A stretch of 63,694 nucleotides of DNA, the filler included, from Octopus bimaculoides (lineage: Eukaryota), in the NCBI RefSeq assembly GCF_001194135.2. It is 3 parts of 3 records of this genome, joined end to end, with 100 filler letters (N's around TTAATTAATTAA, not from the genome) between each part and the next. Parts side by side here need not be neighbours in the genome. Positions count along the whole stretch, not along the records: positions 28,475 to 58,192 come from NC_068983.1; 2 more parts are not named here. One strand, written 5' to 3'. The notes under the pieces are model-generated. The model was given only the letters and a program-made list of their open reading frames with translations, searched no databases and was not told the origin of the DNA. Both the position numbers and the translations under genes were made by a program. Every line of letters starts with the position of its first letter. The first letter of the stretch is position 1. Of the stretch, positions 38,816-51,414 are shown in pieces.

Positions 38816-39749
38816 TCGTGAAGTTAAATTGTGTAGCAACACCAAATGGTGGTGCCCCAGCATGGCCACAACTCATGAGCTGAAACTAGATAAAATGAAA
38901 AATGAACAAAAAATAAATAAAATACACACACACACACACATACAATAGGCTTCTTTCAGTTTCTGTCCACCAAATCCACTCACAAGGCTTTTTGTCAACC
39001 TGGTGCTATAATAGAATGAGGGGATATAGGGAGAGGTGGTGAAGGCTGATTTCAGTATGCTGAACCTTATGAAGGAGATGACAAATGACCACAGCAAGTG
39101 GCAATACATTGTACTGAGGAAGACCCATCCACCTCGTGTAAAAACAAGAGGCAAACTGATGATGACAGCAGCAGCAGTGGTGATGGTGGTGTTGGTGGTG
39201 GCGGTGGCGGCAGCAGCAATGGAAGAAGTTGGGGAGGAGGAGGAACTGAGATGTCAAACTTTTGAAGTTTTTCCGAACATTTGGTTGTCTGCAAAAACTG
39301 TTACAAGGACAGCAGTGTATTACAAAATAAAATATTTTTGTTAGTATTACGTGGTATTTAACATTTGTTTTTTTTTTTTGTTGAATCACTGAATAATATT
39401 ATCAAACAGGTTGAAGGTTTAAATTAGATCAGTTACTTTGCTTTGAATCGTTTCTCTGTTATACAAATGAATAATGTTAAGACACATCACTTGAAGTTTT
39501 AGTATAGCCACTGCACTCATCACTTAGGAAAGCTAAAGTTAATTAACCCTTTAGTGAGATGTGATGTCGACCCAAAATTTCAAATGGTCGTAGTCCTTGT
39601 GGCTTTTTACATATACAATATATGAATTAATTATAGTTAAAATAACTAAAAGCCACAAAATGTACCTCCACCATTTCTTCCCAGGTCAACCAACTGGGTA
39701 ATATGCCCAATATTGGTCAGATTTATCAACCCTACCCATATATTTGTTA

Positions 39750-41028
39750 TCTATATATATAAAAATGAGAATGTGTGTCTGTCTGTCTGTCTGTCTGTGT
39801 GAATCCCTAAAACTCGAGAACTACACAACCAATTTCATTCAAATTTTACAGATGCCTTACTTAGGGTTCCAGTTGTGTTTTAGTCAAAAAACATTTTAAC
39901 TTCTTGCAGAGTTCGAGCCCACAGCAACATAATATCTCCTCCACTATTTAAGTATTACGTGTCAAAAGTGAAACAAAAACACTCATGTCAAATACTTTCA
40001 CTTTAAAAATGAAACTATTCTACTAACTGAAACAATCACATTTCGATACTGTAATGACAGATACTTTCAGAGAGAGAGAGANNNNNNNNNNNNNNNNNNN
40101 NNNNNNNNNNNNNNNNNNNNNNNNNNNNNNNNNNNNNNNNNNNNNNNNNNNNNNNNNNNNNNNNNNNNNNNNNNNNNNNNNNNNNNNNNNNNNNNNNNNN
40201 NNNNNNNNNNNNNNNNNNNNNNNNNNNNNNNNNNNNNNNNNNNNNNNNNNNNNNNNNNNNNNNNNNNNNNNNNNNNNNNNNNNNNNNNNNNNNNNNNNNN
40301 NNNNNNNNNNNNNNNNNNNNNNNNNNNNNNNNNNNNNNNNNNNNNNNNNNNNNNNNNNNNNNNNNNNNNNNNNNNNNNNNNNNNNNNNNNNNNNNNNNNN
40401 NNNNNNNNNNNNNNNNNNNNNNNNNNNNNNNNNNNNNNNNNNNNNNNNNNNNNNNNNNNNNNNNNNNNNNNNNNNNNNNNNNNNNNNNNNNNNNNNNNNN
40501 NNNNNNNNNNNNNNNNNNNNNNNNNNNNNNNNNNNNNNNNNNNNNNNNNNNNNNNNNNNNNNNNNNNNNNNNNNNNNNNNNNNNNNNNNNNNNNNNNNNN
40601 NNNNNNNNNNNNNNNNNNNNNNNNNNNNNNNNNNNNNNNNNNNNNNNNNNNNNNNNNNNNNNNNNNTTACATTGTGATTTCTGCAATGTGGTGCATAAAT
40701 TGTCAAGTAAATGAGACGCATCTTAGCCTCCACTGATTCACTTGCAAAGTGTTGAGTAAAATTATTTCGTTGCAGACCTCCTTTGGGTCTTTTTATTATC
40801 ACTACGACACACATAGTCCCCAGTTGGTAACATTGATTTCAAGGCCCTCCTAGATGAGAGACTGGCATTCCACTTAATGTCTTTGTTCCATGCTGGCATG
40901 GATTGGAGAGTTATTAATGTAGAAATATGGTATCATAGCTACTAACAGTTGAGGGTTGCGTAGTCTAGACGGCGTTTTTAGATTTCATTATTCTCTTTAA
41001 CCCGGGCAAAGCCGGGTATTTCTGCTAG
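39750..41028 (+). mobile_element. Non-autonomous Helitron (contains an N gap)
   Basis: A|TCTATATATATAAAA 5' end followed by (TGTC)n. 3' hairpin CCCGG-GCAAAG-CCGGG, then CTAG|T. Confidence 0.75.
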
Positions 41029-41099
41029 TAATAAATATTCACTAGGGATTTCCCTCCAGCACCAACACCAGGTTGTTCATTAATAAACAGAAATAAAAT

Positions 41100-41830
41100 C
41101 TGTCTTTTGTCTTTAAAAGCAGTAGCTAATAAATTTTCCTTTTGCATTTGTAAAATGTTCCCTCTTTTTTTAAATAAACCTTTACAGTTGCCCATAACAG
41201 TACTGCACTTGTAAGTACTTACATGGGCAAGATTTTCTGCCAAAGCTTTCCTTTTTTGTGACCTCGTTCCCAAGAAGGACAGCGTCTGCTACCCAGGCTA
41301 CATCAATCTCTGGCGGAATTCCTTCTACACTGATTCTTATTGCTCTTAGTCCTCGGTAAGTGGGCAGAAGCACCGCCTGCTCACTCTTGATGGATGTCAC
41401 TGCTTGTTTCCTTGCTGTTGCTGCGTCCTTGAACCTCACCTCCACTAATTCAAACATTGAACCTCTTGCAAGGTACACAATATCACTCCATATTGGTCTT
41501 GGAGCCTTTTCCACCTGGTCCATAGTCATAATGTCAGTTTTTCCTTTACTTATCAAAAAGGTTCGGTACATTATTGTCCTTTCCTTAATGTTATTACATG
41601 TCTCTTGGGGGAGGGACACAGCTTCACCTCAAAACCATCATGACTTAATAAATCTTTATACCTTCCAAATTTTCTGATACCCATTTCCTTCTGGCATTTT
41701 GCCACGTCGGTAAAATTCCTCTTCTCCTTCTTCTATTGATCGTCCATCTTCCGGACTGCCTCTAATAATTCCTCTTCCAATGACGATATGTCTGAGAAGC
41801 TATAGTCTTCTACAGACATATTTTTACTAA
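41100..41830 (-). mobile_element. Probable non-LTR retrotransposon ORF1 fragment (L1/Tx1-like)
   Basis: Unique, interrupted ORF ...ELVEVRFKDAATARKQAVTSIK...LLPTYRGLRAIRISVEGIPPEIDVAW. No splice signals bound it. Assignment by pattern only. Confidence 0.4.
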
Positions 41831-42465
41831 GCTATCTCCCCTCTCATGAGAAGAGAAAGCACAAACAAACAAACTGCTGCAAAGCAGTACAACACATTCA
41901 AATACTATAGAAAAAAACACCAGTACAAAAAGCAAAGTATAAAATATACAAATGTTGAAAAAACCTTGTGGTTTAAACAATTTCACAATATTTATACTTG
42001 AATAAAGGCAGGAAAGGCTTCATCTCGCATTATCTCAAAGCTACGAGAATTCAATAACGTGATTTGTTTATTTTTTTAGTGATTTTGTTGAGCAGTCGGA
42101 TATGGCCGGATTTGGCCAGTTTGAATACTAAAGGATTAAACATCTGCTCACTTTGGTTCTTTAGCTTTTTACTAGTTTAAACTTGGCAATTTTGCGACAA
42201 GTTTTTGTTTTCTCATTTTGTTGTCTCATTTAGGGAGGGGAATATACCTAAATTATTTTTTACTGTCAATAATGAAATGGGTAAAGTTTGGTGAAGAAGG
42301 AGCTTGTACATGATTTCTTGGACTGTTAGAAATAGAAGTCAAAAGCATTATAAAATCACACTACTCCCCACCTCTTTTGTCTCTAATGAATAGGATAACC
42401 ATATCGGAGAACATTAATTTAAGATAAACTTTCTGAAAAGATGAGATGGTCTTTGTCAGATTGCC

Positions 42466-42650
42466 TTTAACATTTAAACCAGCCATATCCAGCCAAAATA
42501 TTCAATCCGCTTTATGTTGAGACTGGGCAAATCTGGCCCCTCACACCTATCCTACAATGTTATTCTAAAAATAAACTGCCATGTCATCAGAATCTTGAAG
42601 CTACAAGATGATGCATGATTAATTCAAAACAATCTGAATGCGAAGGGTTA
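42466..42650. mobile_element. Short dispersed repeat with TTAA/AGGGTTAA ends (piggyBac-like MITE family); related copies at about 41960-42140 (inverted) and 46290-46470
   Basis: Shared ccagccata..c.gccaaaa.att...cacac.tac.ctacaat and tcttgaagctacaagat blocks. Confidence 0.55.
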
Positions 42651-44872
42651 AGCATAAATATAGGTCTATTTATCTTGGCTCCACCTGGTGTTAAAAAACA
42701 AATAACCAAAGTAATTATTTTTAACCTTAGTTTTTGTTTGACATCTCATTGATGTTTGATTATAAAGTGTTCCACTAATTACCTTCTAATAGGGCAATAC
42801 TAAAATCAGTGTTATTTCCTCACCCTTCCACAAGTACTTTATGGCAGAAACAGTAAAGTGTTGGATGAAATATTTAGTTTCATCTTGCCATATTCTGAGT
42901 TCAAATTTTACTAGTACTGACTTTGTTGTTTATCCATCTGTCATAAGTAAAATAAAAATTACTTCTATTCATGGACTTGGACTGTGAGTCTACCACTTAT
43001 ATCCCTTTTCTGGCCAATGTACGAAATCATATAATAAATAAACAAACCAACAACAAAGTTTTATTTGTCTTGCTAGAAACAGGATAGGCACGTTGAATAA
43101 TGTAGTTTTTAAACACACTGTCTGGAAAAAAGAACACAGAATGGTCACAACTGGAATACATTTATTGTTGCTGCTATTTATGGAATAGGGAAATTCTGGT
43201 ATATAATTGTCACCATGAGACACAGCTGACTGAGTTTTAATTGTGTCTAGTCTATCAAATGAAGAGTTAATGTTTTGTATAAAATAAGCACTTCTGTGCT
43301 GTGTCCTTGACTCAAATCTTCCTGGTTCACCTAACTGTAAATAGGTAATGAGTATACTGTTTGAGTATTTTGCTAGCTTGCAGTGCTAAGTTCAACCTGC
43401 GAGTGAAATTTCCAACAGACTGGAGTTCTTCTGTATAGAACACTAGTCTTTCATACATAGCATTTGCAGTTGCTCAAGTACCTATTCTCAATGGGCAACT
43501 GAACAGAGATATACAGATGTTATAAGTACTCTGCTAAGTGAAAAAATATAATGCCTACAATCTGTGAACTGATGATCCATCATTATCATAACCACTTAGT
43601 AATACAAAAATATGAATTATATAAGTTTGTAAATAGGAAAACATTCTTATTGATTAGACCCGTTCTTAATGTAGAATTGGATGTGATGTGACTTGATACC
43701 ATGTATTATAGTTTACTAATTGTTTTAGGTGTGTATATAGTCACTAGCAGACACGGACACCCTCTCTACTCTTCCACTCTTGTCCCAGCAGAACATTCAG
43801 GATGTAGCAGCTGGAGAGAGATTGTGTGTGTGTGTTGCACCACCACTGGCTGGTATTTGTTTTTAGCTAAGTAGACTGGAATAACATGAATAAAGTGCCT
43901 TGCTCAAGGAGACAATGAGTCACCCAGTTCAGGAATTGAAGCCACAACCTTATGATCATGATCCCTACACTTGACCACAAGTCTTTCTAGATAAAGCAAA
44001 ATTAGCTTAAAAGGTAGACTGGGCATTAAAGACCTGTTAATGTATCTCTCTATGAGAAACAATTATATTGGTTGGGACATATGATACAAAGGGACAATAT
44101 TGCTATGTGCAACAGGGCTGTGCTGCTAATTTAAAAGAACCCCATGAAAGGGAAGAAAGTGGTCAAGTGAATTCTATCTCCCATAGGATGCTAGGCCCTG
44201 GGGATAAGATAACGATTGTAACACTAGTGATTATGCTTCGTGGCAGGCCTACTCAACCCATACCTTCATGATTAAACGGAATATTTAAAATGATAATTTA
44301 AGTGCATTTGTTTTATAGCTGGAATCCTACATAAAGCAATACTTGTTCAATATCAAAGTCAGTTATACAAATTCTTCATTGTTAAAAGAATAAACCTATT
44401 AGTTACTTCATTTTTTTTTTTTTTTTTTTTTTTTGCAAATTTAAACATTTTGTTGTCTTATTAAGCCCTGATTGTGCAAATGTTTTATTGAAGGCATTCT
44501 GGCTGTAACCACTTTGATTATTTGCAAATTGCATTACCTGATATGTTTTTCCTTCATTTTAAAACAGTAAGATTTTGATTGAAAGATATTTGGATGCTTT
44601 TCCTTGCAGTTTAAGCAACTGCATAGAGGCTTAGTTGTTTTTTTTCCACTTGGTACCTTCCTTATCACTAACCATTCTTCTGTGAAAGAGAATGAAAATT
44701 TGTTTATCAGGGAGGCTTATGGAAGCAGAGATAATCTCTTTATCAAAGGGGGACAGCATATTGGTCAATAGTCCAGCTTAAGAATAAAATTTGAACTGTT
44801 CTGTGTTGTATGTGTGACAGTGGAGTAATGTCCAGTATATTAATATTATGTTTATGTTTATCTCTTTAACAG

Positions 44873-44975
44873 TTAAAGCAGGAGGCATGAGAATTGTCCA
44901 GCATAAACGACCAACAGATTCTAAGGTATCAGATACGCAACTCACTGCTGAAGAGCTGGAGCAGTATGGTGTTAG
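44873..44975 (+). CDS. DAP: Death-associated protein 1, internal coding exon (V)KAGGMRIVQHKRPTDSKVSDTQLTAEELEQYGV(S)
   Basis: Acceptor tttaacag| and donor AG|gtaag. The translation contains the DAP-family hallmark VKAGGMRIVQ. Phase 1 start, phase 2 end. Confidence 0.95.
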
Positions 44976-45207
44976 GTAAGATGATCATCATCATCATCAC
45001 CATCATCAGAATTATTAGCACACTGGGCAAAATGCGTAGCTGCATTTTGTCCGTCTTCATGTTCTGAGTTCAAATTCCGCCGAGGTCAACTTTGCCTTCC
45101 ATCCTTTCGGGGGTCGATGAAATAAGTATCAGTTACACAGTGGGGTCGATATAATCAACTGACACCCCTCCCCCAAAATTTCACGCCTTGTGCCTATAGT
45201 AGAAACA

Positions 45208-45239
<32 letters not shown>

Positions 45240-46113
45240 AGGTAGCAAGCTGGCAGGATCATTTGCATGCTGAGCAAAATGCTTAGCAGTCTTTCGTCTG
45301 TCTATGTTTTTAGTTCAAATTCTATCAAGGTTGATTTTGCCTTTCATCCTTTCTGGGTCAATAAAATAAGTACCAGTTGAGTGCTGGTGGGGGTCAGTGT
45401 AATCGATTTACCCTCTCCACCAAAATTTCAGGCTTTGTGCCTGTATTATTAATCATTATTAAGAGAGTAATGGATACTTAGAATCATTAATGTTGGACAA
45501 AATGCTTTGTATTTAATTTCATACTGAAGTTCAAATCTTATGTCTACATTGTTCTTCATCCTTCTGGAGTCAGTGAAAATGCAGTATTGGAAGTGATTTA
45601 AGTAACTGATCCCTTTCTCCAAATTGTGTCTATGTTAGAATCAATTATTATTAGATGGATGTTAGAATTAGTAGAGTGATGAGCAAAATATATTGTGGTA
45701 ATACTTAACTATTGTATTTTCTAGCATACAAGTCAATGTACATAACATAAACATATAGTGTAAACATTCAAACATCATCACTGTCTTTCCAAATCTTACT
45801 ACATTTCCCATAAAATTTTTGTTCCTTCAAAGTTGTCTTGGTGTCTAAGTTGCCTTACCTCTTTTGGCTGTAAGCTTTGGTTTGAAAAAGTTGACTTGTA
45901 TACAGGAAAATACAATATATTCTTTTCCTTTCTTGGTCTAGTTACTGCCAAGGTCAACTTTCACCTGTTAATCAATTCAGGAGAATAGGTTAGCAGTGGT
46001 ATACATCATTGTAAGGGTTATATATATATACATCATGTGGTTATTTGTCTAGTGTTACCAAAAGTAAGCCAACTGCTGCTCTATTTAATTTTTTTTCCTT
46101 TTCTTTTCTTCAG

Positions 46114-46168
46114 TCCCAAATCTGACAAGAAAAATCAAACACTAATTGTATCGGGTGCAGTGATAAAG
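46114..46168 (+). CDS. DAP: Death-associated protein 1, internal coding exon (S)PKSDKKNQTLIVSGAVIK
   Basis: Long polypyrimidine tract ending cttcag|, donor AAG|gtattg. Phase 2 start matches the upstream exon. The ISG-x-I/V-x-(K)GD type motif is conserved in DAP proteins. Confidence 0.92.
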
Positions 46169-46985
46169 GTATTGGTTTTTGTTGTTTTTTTCTTCTTTGC
46201 CATCCTTTTTCCATGTTAACTTCGTCTATTTCATGTACTGTAAGTGCTAATAAATGATTTTTGCAATGATATTGTTTCTATCACGATTAATCCATTAACA
46301 TTTAGACCAGCCATAGCTGGCCAAAAAATATTCTACCTGTTTGTGTGTTGAAATTGGCCAGATCCAGCCTCTCACACATACCCTACAATATCATTGTAAC
46401 AATAAAAAAAAACATTGAAATCTTGAAGCTACAAGATAGTGCCAATGAGTAATCCGAATGCTAAAGTGTTAAAGGTATGTATACTAATTAGGACAATACG
46501 CTGAATTCAATTCAGTCACCTATGGTATAACTCCTTCATCATCATCATTATTTAATGTCCTCCTTCCATGCTGGCATGGGTTGGACAGTTTGACAGGAGC
46601 TGGCCAGGTGGGAGCCTGTGCTATGCTCCTGAGTGTGCTTTGACATGGTTTTTACAGCTGGATGCCCTTCCTAACACCAACCACTCAGTAGAGTGGGCTG
46701 AATGCTTTTTACATGGCATTCACACAGGTGAGGTTATTTTTGGTATGGTTCTTACAGCTGGATGCCTTTCCAAATGTCAACCACTTTACAGTGTGGACTG
46801 GGTGCTTTTTAAGTGACACCTGCACTGGCTGGGTCCCCAAGTGACTTTACAAGACAAACATGGTGACCCCCACCAGTGGAGGTGCCAATTACAAAGCACC
46901 TAGTCAACTTCAATCTATATAATTTTGTGGTTATTTTTCCTTTTGATCCTAATTTTTAATTTTCTATTTTTTAAAATCTGTTTAG

Positions 46986-47096
46986 GGTGATCGTGACTTT
47001 CCTGAAGTTACCAAGACATTCCATGATAAACCTCTACCTATACATGAGAAACGTCCTATGCAAACACAGTATCCGATTCAACAGCCAAGAAAGTAG
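46986..47096 (+). CDS. DAP: Death-associated protein 1, terminal coding exon GDRDFPEVTKTFHDKPLPIHEKRPMQTQYPIQQPRK*
   Basis: Acceptor tgtttag|, phase 0. Contains GDxDFP and H-x-KP-x-P and ends in the invariant DAP C-terminus IQQPRK followed by TAG. Confidence 0.95.
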   Translation, partial: GDRDFPEVTKTFHDKPLPIHEKRPMQTQYPIQQPRK

Positions 47097-49741
47097 AGGA
47101 CTGTGAACAGATTTGTAACGAGAAGAATCAGTCTTCAGTGCTTCCTCTGTGTGCCTCCATCCACTAAAATCTATTGATATAATCCCCCAAAATACATATC
47201 TACAGTTTATCATATTTGATTTCATTATTATTCTTTTACTTCCTCTTCTTTGAATTCATTATAGTTTTCTCTTATAAATTTTTGGCCTTGTGCCCAAGTT
47301 AGAAATTGTTTGATTATTCTATATACTCTGAATTGAAATCCTGCCAGAGCCAACTTTACTTTTCTTCTGAATTCAAGAAAATAAGGACCAGTCAAGTATT
47401 GTGATCTATGCAATTGACTACACCCTTCCCTTAATGTGCTAAATTAGAAATTGTTACCAGCACAATCGAGGGTAATAGGTTGACAGGGTTGGTAGAGCAT
47501 TGAACAAAATACTTTGCAGTATTTATGTTCTGAGTTCAAATCCTGCTGAGGCCAAACTTTGCCTTTCGTCCTTCCAGAGTTGATAATATAAAGTACCAGT
47601 CAAGTACTGTGGTTGATGATATCAACTTATCACTTCCCCTTCAAAATTGCTGGCTTTGTACCTAAATCAGAAACCATCATTAGAGTGGTAGATTGGCAGA
47701 ATCATGAGACCATCAGGCAAAATGCCTTGTGGTATTTGTTCCAGCTCTTTACATTCTGAGTTCAAATCTTGCCAATGTCAACTTTACCTTTCATTCCTGT
47801 AGGTTGACAAAATAAAGTACCAGCTAGGTACTCGGGTTGAGGGTAATAACTAATGCCTCCCCTCCCCCAACTTCAAAATAGCTGGCTTTGTACCTAAATA
47901 AGAAATAATTATTATTGTTAATGTTCTTGAGAAGAAATTAATAAAAAATTCAAATTCACTTTTAATAATCCTTTTATGTGCAGTGAGGGACATTGTTTTT
48001 TGGTTTCTATTCATTATTCTTTTGAAAAATTTCATTTTCATATACTTCAGTGTCTTTTATCTTTCTAAAATTATTTGGTAACAAAGATCAAACTGAGTGG
48101 GGTAGAAACGGTCCAGTGCTGGAACTAAATGCTTTGTGCTATTTAGTTACGTCCCTTTACATGTGTGACCAGTTCAAATTTGCAAGAGGCAAGTTTTCTT
48201 TTTGATACGATGAGGGTCAATAAAATAAGCACCAATAGAAGCAAAGAATAAGGTGAGGGGTCAGTTCAATTGATTTCACTTCTCTACGAATTTGTATCCA
48301 TGTGCCAGTGTAAGAAATCATTACTACACATGCATTTTATTAATAGTTGGCAGCTCTTCTATTGTCATAAACACCAGCCAGGTCTTCTTCAGATAGCATT
48401 TCAATGAAGAAAGTATCTTAACAGAAGTCAGCTCTACTAATAACATATATGTGTGTGTATATGTACATATACATACATACACACATTGAGTGCTCTTTAT
48501 TCATGATGTCACATACTGACATAAGTTTGTATGTTGTACCATGTATACATGTAAACAGTATAATAGATTTCCATGTGACTTTTACCTCACAGCATAAAGT
48601 TTATTCAATTGCATCAACTTTTTGATGTTACTGTTTGCTGGCACAGACTATCACTAGTTTCCTCAGTTTCTATTGTTTCACACACACACACGTTTATTTT
48701 CCTTCAAAGAAAAACAACATTGCAATAATTATATCCATGATACAACTGTAAAATTAAATCAAAATAATATTAGAGGTTAAAGTGTACCAAACATTAAAAG
48801 AACAGGAGCAAACTTTATTGAGAATTTACAGTTTTCCTAATGACATATTGAATTACTATTATTTTTCAATTTTGGTTTTATTTTTCAATGGAAATGATTT
48901 TTTTCTAGGTAATTTAGTAAATATTTGTGAAGATTAAAGAAGATAAATTACTTGTTGGTTAATTTTATTACATATAAACAAATACAGTCCCTATCCCCAA
49001 GGAGGCAAATTAGACATTTTTTTTTCTCCTCTGGAACCAAGGAATTTCATTCTTTTCCCCTTTTTCGTTTTGTTCTTTGTTGAAAGCTATTTTCATGAGT
49101 TTTTAACTTGTGGTTTTGCTATACCTTTGTAATCTAAAGAAAAGATTGTTAATTTTTTTTCGAATGGCTCATGATTATTTTCAAATTGCCATTTTAAAAA
49201 TTGGAAAATTTTGTAAAAATAAAGAATATTTGAAAAATGTCTTTTTTTTTTTGTTTTTGTTAATACAAAACAGATAAGATTTTTTTTCTGTAACAATTAG
49301 AGCCAATGATTAAGAAATAATAATTTATCAACTTATTTATTATATTGTTTTACATCTATTCTTCTCGACATGGCAGGTTAAGAAGTGTGCTTTTCAATTA
49401 TATGTTTACAGATTCAATTCTACTTCATTACATTTTAAGTTTCTTGGGTCAATCCAAACTTGTGAGTGTGATTCTCAAGATAGAATGTGTGTGGAAAGCT
49501 TGTCTCGACTGTACCTGATTCTGGATAGTAGACTTAATCTGTTTAACACCACCACCTGGAATTTAAGCAACTTTGTTGCCAGTATTTTGACCAGGTTCTT
49601 AGTTTGAGGATGACTTACTATCTCAACGTGCTATGTTCTCCTGTAACTATCCATGAAACATGTTTTTTGGGGTGGGAGGCATCTCCACACATACTTAGAG
49701 GTTGTAAGGTTGAGTGTTAGAATTAAGTCAATAAACAAATG

Positions 49742-49910
49742 TTATGTGAGTGATTGCATCCTGATATACAGCAGCTTAAACCCTGCTCTGCAATACCTCT
49801 GAAATATGGCAACTTCCCATCTCAGTTACTATGTAAATCTCACCTTTTGGGATCAAATATTCTCAGATCTTGCCGAATAGTTTCTTACCAAGTCTGAGTT
49901 AACCGTCACC
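49742..49910 (-). ncRNA. Candidate box H/ACA snoRNA-like RNA, copy A (intronic)
   Basis: Paralog of 51415-51586 with the same AUAGUA and ACA positions, also 15 nt from the upper stem to ACA. Hairpin CUCAGACUUG/CAAGAUCUGAG is compensatory relative to copy B. Lies between an AA|GTAGGT donor (49913) and a TTCTAAC...CTAAG acceptor (49694). Confidence 0.6.
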
Positions 49911-50044
49911 TACTTGTAGATCTGTTTTACTTAATACCCACACCATTCTGTATTACATGCTGGTATGGGTTGGACAGTTTGACAGGATCAAGCTAGCTAG
50001 AGGATTGCATCGAGTTCTAATTGTGTTGGTAAAGATTTTAAAGC

Positions 50045-50920
50045 AGGGCCTCTCGAAGTAAAAGGCAGATTGTGTGATGCCTGTGTGCAAACAGCCATGC
50101 TACACAGCAGTGAAACATGGGCTGTGACTGCTGAGAACATGTGTAGGCTCGTTAGAAATGAAGTTAGTATCCTTCACTATATGTGTAATGTCTGTGTGCA
50201 TGCACAACAGCGTGTTTTGGGTGAAAAGTTGGGCATAAGCGGCATCAGATGTGATGTGCAAGAGAGATGACTGCACTGATATGGTCATATGTGTATACAT
50301 GAGGACAGCTGTGTGAAGAAGTACCGATCTCTGACTGTGGAGAGAACCTGTGGAAGAGGTAGACTCATGGAGACGAGGTGAAGAAGTTTGATCGTCAAAT
50401 GTTTGGCAATGACAAGCGACTGAGACCATTGGCAATATGCTGTGCTTGAGAAGACCCATCAAACCAAGTGAAATCATAGTTGTGGCCGATGCCAGTGTCA
50501 TAACTGGCATGTAAAAAGCACCCTTCAAATGTTGAGCAATATGCCGTGCTTGAGAAGACCCATCGGTCAATTGAAATCATACTTGTGGCTGATGCCAGTG
50601 TCACATAACTAGTATGTAAAAAACACTGTTAGAACGTTGGGCATCATGGAGGCAGTGACAAGTGACTGAGACCTTTGGCAATATACCGCGCTTGAGAGAA
50701 CCTATCAAGCCAAGTGAGATTGTGGCTGTGGCTGATACCAGCGTTACGTAACTGGTATGTAAAAAGCACCTACTACACTCTTGGAGTGGATGGTGTTAGG
50801 AAGGGCATCCAGCTGTAGAAATGCCAAATTAGATTGGAATCTAGTGCAGCTTACCAGTTTTCAGTCAAACCATCCAACCGATGCTAGCATGGAAAACAGA
50901 CATTAAATGATGATGATGAT
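50045..50920 (+). mobile_element. RTE LINE 3' portion with ~100-bp tandem repeats in the 3'UTR and (GAT)n tail
   Basis: Peptide KGRLCDACVQTAMLHSSETWAV. Three repeats of the gtgcttgagaagacc.atc...gtaaaaagcacc type, ending gatgatgatg. Confidence 0.85.
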
Positions 50921-51414
50921 GTATATAAGTAGCAGATTGAAGTAAGGCTTATGAGCCATGTACCACATTATTCAATAATTATTAAATAGAATCCTGCACC
51001 GAAGAAAAAAAAAATTAAACTCTCAATACCCAGCCATAGAATTGCCAAAATGTGACTTAAAACGTCTTCGTTCAATCACCACACATCTAATTAATGGCCA
51101 ATTACAAGCGGTATGTGAAATATATTCCATTTCCAATCCTGCATATCCTAGTGATAATTGTAGAAAACTAATTTATGATTTACAGGACCAGCACAAAGTC
51201 CAACTGTGCTCTAACTGAATTTTAGATGCATGGAGAGTTGCTGTTTTGCAAAAACTCTTTATGTCAACAGTGGATAAAAGACATAAGACTGATGATGCCT
51301 TGTTATGACAGCAAATGAGTAAGGAAAACTATAAAACAATAAAATCAAGACCATGTTTGTCAGTAAGGGGTTATTAGTTTCGCAGTTTGATAAAAAATCA
51401 TAAACATTTTCATA

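Noticed and set aside
51295-51330. atgcctt...atgagtaaggaaaa resembling the 5' end of U12 snRNA
   Set aside because: Similarity stops after about 14 nt, with no U12 stem-loops or Sm site. It is better explained as splice-site sequence.
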